Shown one piece after another: positions 53,290 to 64,000 of a stretch of 64,000 nt of DNA. The first letter of the stretch is position 1. Each line of letters starts with the position of its first letter. The stretch is taken from the NCBI GenBank assembly GCA_051294375.1, contig CM119263.1, positions 23,969,964-24,033,963 of the forward strand, given 5' to 3'. Made by a program: the position numbers and the translations under genes. This DNA comes from Paraspadella gotoi (Eukaryota > Animalia > Chaetognatha). The notes under the pieces were generated by a model. The model was not told the origin of the DNA and did no database searches. It was given only the letters and a program-made list of their open reading frames with translations.

Positions 53290-56078
53290 TTTTTTTGCAA
53301 GAAATTAAAACGAGAAAAAAAAATCCCGAGAAATTCCCTCTTTCAACTTTTAATCCCGAGCGCCGATTAGCGACATCTGCGACAAACCGGCACAAAACGA
53401 AACGCTGTTTGCGCAATTGTGCAAATGAGGGAAACAGGGGGGGGGGTGACGACGACGACGACAATGACGACGACGACGATCGCGTCGAAGAAACGAACCC
53501 AATGCAAATTCTTTTGTCAACATTTTCATAATCGATGAAATATTCAAATGAATTTCAGGGAGGAAGGGAGGAAGGGAGAGAGGGAGGAGGGGGAGGAAGA
53601 GGAAAGGGAGGAAGATGTAGAGGAAAGGAGAATGAGGAAAGGGATAATGAAATGAAGGAAAGGAAGACGAGATGCGGGCGAGCTTCTCAACCGGTCTGTC
53701 AGCTCGATTCATGGATTCCCAAGGAAAAGTGCATTTTTCAATTTTTCAATTTCACCATCCCTGGCTCNNNNNNNNNNNNNNNNNNNNNNNNNNNNNNNNN
53801 NNNNNNNNNNNNNNNNNNNNNNNNNNNNNNNNNNNNNNNNNNNNNNNNNNNNNNNNNNNNNNNNNNNNNNNNNNNNNNNNNNNNNNNNNNNNNNNNNNNN
53901 NNNNNNNNNNNNNNNNNCACCTGTCTCAATCTTCCATCTCCTGGACTCTTCCTGGTTCGAATTCAATTGTATTTCGTCAGCCAGGCGAGAAAATTAACCT
54001 TTTAAATTAGATTAAAGGCTCAAGGACACCTGTCAAGGATTTCCTCAAAGTCTTTCACAATATCACAAAGGCCTGTCAGCTACAAGATGTAATTTTCCCG
54101 AAGCCTCGAGGTTATTTTTCAAACTAGGAGACGAAGATTAGTTAAACACAGTTGAATAATATGCACTGCTTGGCTTGCGCCGTTGCCTCTTTTCTTATTA
54201 GCATTAGAACTCAATAATTTTCGTCTTTATGAGGTGACATCGTTCAGCCGTATTCAATCCAATTTATCGTCGTGCGTGCGTCCGAGGCGATTACTTTGCT
54301 TCTTACCGAAAGATAAAAGGTGATTGTTCCAGAGGGAAAAGACGAGGAACCGTCCGAACCTGGCGGAGCCCGTGAAACTTTATTATATCTGGCGACGGCG
54401 TGAGGAGATGGTGGGGGGATGAGGAAGAGGGGGAGGGGGTGGAGGGTGGAGGGGCTTAAACGGAAGAAAGTTTGGGAGAATTTTCTGACTTTTCGGACCC
54501 GAGGTCTAATTTAATCCGTTCTAAATGTCTGCTGACTGAAGAGGTAAAGGTTGGGCCGGAAAGAGAGGGGGGAGGGCGTTCAAGTCGGTTGAGAAAAGAG
54601 GAGATATCGAAGGTAAAAGGGAAAAAATTTAGAATCAGTTCCGAAGTCGACAATTTTTTTAAAAACTTGAAATAAAAAAAATATTAGCAAAACCACGATT
54701 CTTTTTACAGGAATAAAAAAAAAAACAGAAAAAAATAAAATATTGAAGAAAAAACCGGAAGTCGGATTTAATTCGCAGACTTATGTAAGATTAATGTGTA
54801 GAGTTTTTCTACTTTGGAATAACACTTTTAGCAATTTTTTTTTTTTATTTGCAAGAAATTAAAACGAAGAAACAAGAAATCCGCGAGAAATTCCGCTCTT
54901 TCACTTTTATCCCGTAGCCGCCGATTAGCGAATCTGCGACAAACCGGCTACAAAACGAAACGCCTGTTTGCGCAAGAATTGGTTGCCAATGAGGGAAACA
55001 GGGGGGGTGACGAACGACGACGACGAACAATGGACGACCGACGGACGATCGCGTCCGAAGAAGTAACGAAACCCTAATGCAAAATTCTTTTGGTCAACAT
55101 TTTCATAAATCGATGAAAATATTCAAAATGAATTTCAGGGAGGAAAAGGGAGGAAGGGAGAGAGGGAGGAGGGGGAGGAAGAGGAAAGGGTAGGAAGATG
55201 TAGAGGAAAGGAGAATGAGGAAAGGGATAAAATGAAAATGAAAGGAAAGGAGACGAGCATGCGGGCGAAGCTTCTCAACCGGTCTGTCAGCTCGATTCAT
55301 GGGATTTCCCCCCAAGGGAAAAAAAGTTTTGGGGGGAGTTGGTTTCAATTTTTCAATTTCACCATCCCTGGCATCTCTCTCTCTCTCTCTCTCCTCTCTC
55401 TCTTCGTCGAGTCTCTCCTCTCTCTCTTCATCTCTCTCTTCTCTCTCTCTATCTCTCTACTCTCTCTCCGCTTTACTCTCTCCTCTCCTGCCACCCACCT
55501 GTCCTTCAATCTTCCATCTCCTGGACTCTTCCTGGTGTCGAATTCACTACTTGTATTTCGGCCTGCAGCCAGCAGACGAAAAGATTAAAACAGCTTTTTA
55601 AAGTTAGATTAAAGGCTCAGGACACCTGTCAAGGGATCTTCCTCAAGAGTCCTTTCACCAATTAGTCAGGCAACACAAGCTCTGTAGCTACGAAAGATGT
55701 TAATTTTTTTTTTTTCCGAAGGAGTCTTGTCGAGGATTATTTTTATTTCTCGCGGACGAAGAAGGACGAAGAACGAACGAGATAGTAGAGCGAGAGGCCG
55801 GCACAGTCATTGAACTTAAACATGCGTTTTAACACTCTGGGGGGACGGTCTTAAGCGCTGTTTAAAATTTTCTATACAACACTCGACGAGGAGTGGGATC
55901 TTAATTGATAATTTGAAGAAAAAATTCATTCAAAGCGTAAGTGTAATCACGAACGTAATAAGATCTCGTCGTTCCGAGAGTTAATGTTTTCATACTTTTA
56001 TTCTCTCTCGTCTCCTCTCTCCTCCCTCCTTTCTCTCTCCGTCTCTCTCTTCTCTCTCTCTCTCCGCTCTCTCTCTTT

Positions 56079-56117
<39 letters not shown>

Positions 56118-56423
56118 TTCTCTTTTTCTTTTCTCCTCCTCTCCCTCTTCTCCCTCTTCCCCCTTACTAGTCCCAAGTGACATCTAACTTTTCTCCCAGC
56201 GCTATTTCCCCCCTAACGATCCTGGCTAATTGTCCATTTTTACGACCTCAAATCGCCCATCGTGACGTATTCCGTCCATTTTATCATACCATCCGAACCC
56301 TTCTCCTCGCGGCCCATTAACGGCCATTTTTCTAATGGCCTTCCCCTTTTCCCTCCCCCCTTTATCGCCAGAGGGCGTCGGCCTCAATCGAGAGATCCGC
56401 CCCCCTCCACCCCTTTTCCTCTC
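53290..56423 (+). repeat. Partial host segment copies D (53290-54120; 54121-56423)
   Basis: 53290-54120 matches ~15790-16566; the sequence then jumps back to the equivalent of ~15110; ~54750-56423 repeats ~43335-45007. Confidence 0.9.
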
Positions 56424-56448
56424 NNNNNNNNNNNNNNNNNNNNNNNNN

Positions 56449-58820
56449 TTTCGGCGTCATTCATCAGTTCCGGTCCTGTTCACTTCGGAGCGCGCAGGCG
56501 CACTCGACCGGAGTCCATCGAACACGTGAATATCACGTGATCTAGAATCGGAAGAGGACTTCGCTCGCCCCTTGCCGATGTCTAATTCGGCAGATATTGA
56601 GTCTGAAAAATGAAAATCCTTCATTCGCAAAAAAGGACGACAGCTACGCAGCTTATGAGATGTTCACTTAATCGATCCGTAGCGATATAGCAACTCTGCG
56701 TAATTATGACAGTTTTTCTTCTTTATTTTTAATACGGAGTCTATAAAGAATTTTTGCTTTGCAAGAAAAGTAAACTGCAAGAGAACGGAGCGTTTGCCAG
56801 CACCGCCCCGCCAGCAACGTTCTACCTCTTTCCGTCTCGGACCGAAGAAACAAAAGGACATCCAAAACTATATGTCTCAGTTAGAATCGGAGGGAACGTG
56901 TCATCGCACGCAAGATCGGATGGGCACGCGGAACTCGCACGCAATATGGTGGCCGGGAAGAGATCGAGAGACTCGCGGATCGGAAATCGAAGGAGAATAA
57001 ATTACTACGACTCCGAGAGCGATAACGACGACGACGACGACGACGACGTCGTAGCTCGAAAGAAAATTAAAGAAATTCAATTTCGCTTCGAAGACCAAGA
57101 CAGCGATGAAAACAACAACAACGACCATAAAGACGACGACGACGACGACGACGACGATAAGGAGGACGACGATGGAATGAAGACAAGTGACGAACGTTTC
57201 CGCTTTAAGTCTCTCGACGCTTCCATCGTGAGAGTTCGTCACCGAGATCTGTGAACGTCGTCACGGTGAACGCTTTCTTGTGAATCTCCGTCACGGTCGC
57301 TAGAGATGCTTGTTTCCTGTTTCTGTGTCACCTTCGCTGCAAGTTGTGAAGATTTGTCACGATTTCACTCTAACTTTGAATGGTGACTGAAGATAGTGAC
57401 AGAGAGAGAGAGAGAGAAATAGAGAGAGAGAGAGATATTGCTCAATCGCCACCGGACGGTATTTACTGAAAGGGCGCGCGAGAGTCGGCGGGACGGAACT
57501 TCGAATGGATAACGAACTCGCGAATACGAGGATCGAGAAGAAATGGGGTCATTAAACGGATAAAAGGGACGGACACATGGACGGACGTCGTTAAATGAAG
57601 TAATTGAATGGATAGAGGGAGCGAGGAGTTGGGACCGAGGAGCCTCATCGTTAAGTGTAAGAAAGTATGATAGTATATTGGATTTCTTTGACGAAGAACA
57701 AGATATAAAGAATTATTCAAGACATCATCGGTCGTAAGAATTTTCGAGAAGAAAAGTGGAGATTGATGAAAACGACCACTTGTCATATTTTTGATCGACA
57801 TGGCTTAATGCGAGATTTATATGGAATCAGAGACGAAATGAAAGAAATCTGAAATAAAGAATTAAGAGGCAACAGAACGAGGAAGATGGCGAAGATAAAG
57901 AATATGCAAAACAGATGTTTTGAGTTGTACGGCGCATCGAGGATCTCTTTCCCTCCCGCTTTTTGTTTGTTCCCTCTTCCTCTTTCCTTCTTCCTTCCTT
58001 TTTCTTCTTTCTTCTTTCATTCTCCTTTGACCCCGTCTCTACATTTTCCTTTCACTCCTCCCTCGTTCCCTCTTTTGTTTCCTAGCTCTTCTTTTCCTCG
58101 TCCCTTTATCGAATTTTCGTCGACATCTTCGGCCCCGCGATGTTCATTTGTTTCCATTACGCGTCGAGCGCCGTCTTTCATTTGTTTTCTCGTTACAACT
58201 TCAATTCGCGACGGTCACCGACGCTCGTTTGTCAACGGAGAGAGGCGACATCTTGAGGAGGAAGATGAGGAGGAAAAGGAGGAGGAGGAAGAGGAGATAG
58301 GAATGGCTAGGGGTCAGAAATGAAGAGTCTTTCGAAAAGAGAGAAGGAAAAAAAAACCGAGTCTTGGTCAACCACTTGAAAGGATCAACACTGAAGATGG
58401 AGAAAATTGCAAGAAGCGGGAAAACTAAAAGGAAATAAGGAAGTTTGATCAACGAACAACAACGACAGCAACGAAAGCATTTGATCATCATAAACAAAAA
58501 CAAAATATGGTCATTGGATGAATCTTTTAAAATGACAAATTCCTGGTTATTTGATGCAAATAAACATGCATGATTCATATTCCAATTTCAAATTAATTCA
58601 ACGATTTTTTTCTTGGGGAGAAAACTTGTGCAAAATAGAAGAAAGATCTGACTGTAAAAAGTCGAGGCACTGCAAAATAAAATGAAATAAAAATAACGAA
58701 TAAAAAAGTTTGTTTTTCGTTTGAAAAAGTGACCACAGACTCCATACACCCCCCCTTCACCCCCGTCAGATCACTCTCCCACCTTGGGATTGGGACAACG
58801 ACTCAAGAGTAAAGATCTCT

Positions 58821-58855
<35 letters not shown>

Positions 58856-61800
58856 CATCATCTCTCTCTCCTCTCTCTCCTCTCTCTCTCTCCTCCTTCT
58901 CTCTCTCTCTCTTTATTCGCGGCCTCGCTTGTTGTTTCTGTCGGGAAAAAAACAAACTTCTTCAAGATAGAACAAGAAAGAAGAAAAAAAAGAATGAAGA
59001 GAAAGAAAATGAAGATAAAAGAAAGAAAAAAATATTTTCTTCCTTTGCCATCTTTTTCGACAAAAAAAAGCGTTTTACTTTGCGTATTTTTTTTAATTCT
59101 ACACCCTGGAAGAAATACACTTCCTCTCTGATTAGGCAATTTTAGAATAAAAAATAAAATTTAAATTCCTTTTTCAATTTTTCCAATTTTTTTATAATAA
59201 ATAATAATAATAATTTTTTTTAAAACTAAAAATTCAAAAAATATTAGAATATTTTTCTATTTATTTCTTTCTTGCGCATTTTCGTCAGCTGCAACTCAAC
59301 CAAAACGTCAATTTCGTCTTCTTCGTCGTCGTAATCCTCGCGAAAATAATTTTCTGATATTTCGACGCTTCGCTGGTTTGTTTAAAGTCGAGAATTTCTC
59401 TGACGGCGATGAAAAAAAAACAGCGTAGCGCTAAATTTGAGAAACACAAAAACATCCTTTTGGAAGCGAAAAAAATATTCATTCCTATTCTAATATGTTT
59501 ATTTATTTTTGTAAAAATCAGGACCGATGCTTCTTTTTTTTTTTTGTAAAATTTAAAAGCACATTGTAACGAACGTCCTTCAAATAAAATACCTTTTTTC
59601 TTTTCTTTTTGCTTTTCTATTTAGTATCTTTTTTAGTTTTTTGTCATGATAAAAAAGGTGGTTCCATCCTTAGTTGGCTACTATTATATATATGAAATTG
59701 GTACAACCAATATAAAAATTATCCATTCATTTAATAAATAAGCTATCTTGCCCCTGACTTTGGACAGGCCCTGGTGGCCTAAAGCTTCCATCACTCTTAC
59801 AAGATAATGACATATATATACTACTACATACTATGACGACATGAGAGAAAAAATCAAAACTTGATATTATTTTTCGTTTGTTCCAACCAAATCTCGATTT
59901 TAAATTTTCTTTCCATCTGCGTGTTCTTAGTTATTCGAATCCGTAATTCTGATTTTCTTCATTTTTTCTTTCTATCTTATCTTCTTTCTCATTCTCCTTT
60001 ACCTCTACTCTTCTCTCTTTTCCCTCTTTCAGTTTCATTGTTTCCCTTCATCCGTTCGACAACAGCCTCTCCCTTTCCATCTCGCTCTCCCTCTCCCTCT
60101 CGCTCTCCCTCTCCCTCTCCCTCTTTTCGGAATTCTCAGGTGCCAAAAGATTGTTGGAAAAAACAGACTCCCCTTTCTCGTTCGCCTCTTTTATCGGCCT
60201 CGTAAAAAAAAGAAAAAATAAAAAAAAAGTTTTATTCTTCTCAATTCGACGATAAAACGAGGACCCAACGAGGGCTCATCGAATCCCCTTAAAAGGGCCG
60301 GGTCTCGGACTCGACTCGCCAAATGCGCGTTCCGGGCCAAAAAGCCACGGCATAAAAAAAAACCCGGGGACGTTTAGAGAAAGAGAGAGAGAGAGGGAGA
60401 GAGAAAGAGAGAGAGAGAGAGGGAGAGAGAGAAATGGACATAAGGCGCCAGGGGTCTTTCAAATGACAGCGATCGTCCGATGATCTCAAGGTTGAGGCGA
60501 GGAATTGGCTCACCGCCAATCGAATTCAAGAGAGGGCGTTGAACGTTTCCAGCGTTTAAAAGAATATAACTCAGATAGGTAACAGTTTATCATGAGAGAG
60601 GAATAAGGTGTTTCTATATTGCAGTGGGCAGCAATCTTAAGTCTTGACAATGTTGACATGCTCTACGTAGTAAGAAAAACAATTCAATAGATAATAAACC
60701 CCTATTGGTTATATTATTTGATTGCAATGGCAACTATAAATGTGGTTGCGGTCATTTCCAAGCTCTTTGATGACGGACATTAAGGGTTGATTCTCTATCA
60801 ATAAGGTAGATAACGAATTTGGGAAAGGTCTGTCCAAAAGCCCGAAACCTCTGCGTTAAAGAGACCGAGAGGGTTTAAGGAATGTGTTTCTTTAAGAATA
60901 CTACATGTATGACATATGACATTGTATGTATGTATAAATGTTTAATTGTAAACCTAAGTATTGGTAGATTTATTCCACAGCCCTCGTGTCGTGTAGAGAC
61001 TTTAAGGTCAAAACTCCAGTTCAAAAAAAAAAAAAAAAAAGAGCGAATGATTTATGTGTGTACGCATTTTTTTCTTGGCCGAAAATAACCCATTTTATTG
61101 GATTTATGGGTTCGAGTTTACGAAAGCCGTCGATCCCTTTTTTTCCTCAGACCATAACTCGACGCGGTTTTCGTCGAAAGAAACGAAGAAACAGACTCTC
61201 GTGATCGGATCACGTGACAAAACATAACAGGTGCGACGCGCGGACGAAAGACTATTATATTTCGATGTATCGTCAACTATCAGAGTTGTTCAGAGAATTA
61301 TTTTTCCACTCAAAGTTTATAAAAAAAAGGTTTGATTGTGAAAGTACAAATTATTAAATATCGTCGGGAGCGTTAAAAATTAATTTTATTTACCTTATAT
61401 TCTCAAAAAGATCTTCACAAAATTTAAAATATTTATCGTACATATCACCGATTCTTCAGAAATTTCTGATTAGCGATTCTTCAACCCTTTCTCAACAATC
61501 TTTCTCATCGACTTGTGTGTGTTTTGTGTGAGGCCAGAGTTCAACTTTAAGGTGAAAACAAGATGAAGTCATCACTTCTTTTCAATTTTTCACGCGATAT
61601 ATATTATTTGTAACATAAAACAGCGGGAGAGCCAAGTCTCTCTTCAGCTGCTTTGGAAGTAGAATAATCCACGACGGGATTTATCGTTACGAGTAAAAGG
61701 TCTCATTGCAGACTCAAAGCTTTTGTCAGTGAGGATGAAAGCGCATATTTAAATTCCGGTTCGAAGCCTGTCTCTTCAGGCCATTATTTCTCACCGGAAT

Positions 61801-62000
61801 CGCCATTAGCATCTCTTTGCGTCATAAAGAGTCGTTTTGGTGACGTGGACACTTTGGCAAAGAGGGAATTTAATTATTAGCGTCGTCAACCCAAAAGAAT
61901 TAAGCGAATCGAATCCTCGACGCTTCGGGCCTTGTTGCCAGAGACGTCAATTGGTTGTACATTGCACAATGTATTATTTTCAACTTCACCCTTTAATTCC

Positions 62001-62033
<33 letters not shown>

Positions 62034-63966
62034 TCTCTTTCCCTCTTTTCACTCTCACCATTTCAATTTCCCTTCACAAACTAATTCTATTCTGTTCACA
62101 ACTTAAATCTGTCCTCAACATTGACCACTGTCCTTTCTCAAATCTGTATTGGAAAACTGCCCTTTGTCTCTCTCTCTCTCTCTCTCGCTCTCTCTCTCTC
62201 ACTGTCTTCTTTATGCACAAATTTGAAACATAATTCACAAATCTGTCAACGCTTGTAATCAAAGCCGAAACATGTCCGTTTCTAAACTGAAATAAATAAA
62301 TCGTTGTCACAAACAACCAAACTTAGTCCTAGAAAAATGTTTAAATATTTTTAAAGGCGAGCTAGCCGCCTAACCAAATATATTAATTATTTATTGTACC
62401 ATAAAATTGCACGATCTTCCTGAATCGTAGTCGTTCGTCTCTATCTTAAAAATAATTGACGCTCCCTTCTTTCTTTCTGCCTCACGTTTTCACGTGTGGA
62501 TGAAGAATCCAATATGGACTTATCCTTCCAAATCCGAAGGAGAAAAATAGAAGAATAGCAGAGGAGTTTAACATAAGAAAAAAGACAGGGGTTGAAGAAA
62601 ATAAGAAAAAAGACAGATTTGCAGAAAATTTGAAAAAAATTACAAGCAGTAGCCAATAAAGCATAAAGGAGAAAATATTGAAATTCACTAAAAAAAAAGG
62701 GCTTTGATACTGGCTCGGTAATGGGTTAGTCTTTGGTCAATAGACATCGGTCAAATTACAGGAGACAGGGTTAAAACCAGTCACAATGAACCCGAATGTT
62801 TGCTACTTTAGGTTGGTCGTTTGTTGAAAGTCATAAAATGTTTCAAAACTGACCGAAAAATCTCAATTATAACCTAGGTTAAATAATAAGCAAAAAATAA
62901 GCAAATTACGTTCAAAACAAAAATGAAAAATGAAACGAAAAAACAAAAAAATGAACAAAAAGAAAACGGACACAAAAAGGAGATGACTATATTTTTTTAT
63001 ATGTAATAAAATACTAAACGTTATGAATCCCAAAAAAAACTGTTTTGTTATAATCGGGCAACGATCCTTGAACAATTCTCAGCCTCGATCCGATTCCAAT
63101 ATCCGAGTTCGTTGATCGGAAATGAAGACAAAATCGGAGGAGAAAATCCTCGCGAAAATCACTTCCTCTCTAACTCTTTTTTTCTTTTTCTATATTTTTC
63201 TTTCTTTTTTTTTAAATCCCAAATTGTTTCTTTTTTTCTTTTCTCCATCTAATCTTTTCTTTCGAGAATCTTCACTGTTTTCATTTTATTTATCCCTTTT
63301 TCTTTGTTTTTTTTTTTCGCTTTCTAATCTTCTTATATTCTCTTTCTGTTTCTTTGCTTAGTCACTTTGACACCAATTTTTTGATTTCTCTATTGTTAGT
63401 CTTTTATCTTTATCATTATCTACTTTCTATTCTTGTTGTTTTTTACTTCTCCGGTTTTTTAATTTTCCTTTATTTTTTCTTCTGTAACATTGGTAATTTG
63501 CATTTTTAATTATTATTTGATATTATTTGATTATTATTTGATAATTATTTGATAGATATTATTTGTCTCTGTTGTGCTTAATAGATCGTATTAAAAAAAT
63601 ATATTGATTTTTCTCCCTACAATTTCAAGAAAATAAGATATAAACGTTTTAACTGTTCAGATGTCATAATTAAGATTTTAGTTTTCGTTGGTTAAACCGA
63701 TTCAGATCCTAACCAAAAAAAACTTATATATTTCTATCAATCCCTTGAGCTTGACTGACTGAAAGTAAAGCAATTCGGCGCGTCATTAAGCACAGTAATT
63801 TAATTAAAATTGATTTTCAAAAATAAAAAAGAAATGGTTAAAAAAAGTTATAAAGTTCGTTTCTAACTGAGAAAAGATTTTCGATTTTCCGCCGTCCTTC
63901 CTCTCGCCAGCATAACTCTCTTCTTCCAGTCGAAAAAAGATGCCAAAGATATAACATCCGGAAAAG

Positions 63967-64000
<34 letters not shown>
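56449..64000 (+). repeat. Host segment copy E (runs off the window)
   Basis: Colinear with ~26868-34890 and ~45008-53020. Confidence 0.92.
56754..57254 (+). CDS. 166-codon ORF with an acidic D-rich region, unknown; broken homologues at ~17452, ~27200, ~45344
   Basis: Longest non-TE ORF in the track, lying in an apparently clean copy; non-ATG start; part of the length comes from (GAC)n repeats. Confidence 0.25.
   Translation: MLCKKSKLQENGAFASTAPPATFYLFPSRTEETKGHPKLYVSVRIGGNVSSHARSDGHAELARNMVAGKRSRDSRIGNRRRINYYDSESDNDDDDDDDVVARKKIKEIQFRFEDQDSDENNNNDHKDDDDDDDDDKEDDDGMKTSDERFRFKSLDASIVRVRHRDL

Noticed and set aside
54430-54460. gtggagg-gtggagg duplication as a possible MITE excision footprint
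   Set aside because: Removing the MITE and one TSD from copy B gives nearly the same sequence, so this is simply the pre-insertion state.

Overview
Eukaryotic (metazoan-looking), microsatellite-rich genomic window with a high density of 1-bp indels, consistent with poorly polished long-read sequence. It holds two different near-full-length Ty3/Gypsy LTR retrotransposons in convergent orientation (265-6494 +, 9047-14976 -). Both show CsRn1/Kabuki-clade hallmarks (tRNA-Trp-like PBS, CHCC-type gag knuckle, apparent 4-bp TSD), and both carry an unusual D-G-G at the protease catalytic motif. The rest of the window is 4-5 overlapping copies of one >=14-kb host segment. Most copy junctions sit at gaps of exactly 25 N, and one 1.7-kb stretch appears duplicated with its errors, so much of the apparent tandem array is probably a gap-filling or haplotype artefact. 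The copies nevertheless differ in real TE presence/absence: both LTR elements have empty sites in copy B, and copy B alone carries a ~650-bp foldback MITE with a perfect 9-bp TSD (Mutator-like). Also present are a degenerate non-LTR (LINE) reverse transcriptase (~41200-42967 -), candidate exons of a host gene with a nuclear-receptor ligand-binding-like segment, and an orphan LTR-like segment with a tRNA-Arg-like PBS. I found no convincing wholly new biological system. The most novel-looking signal is the DGG-protease Gypsy lineage.
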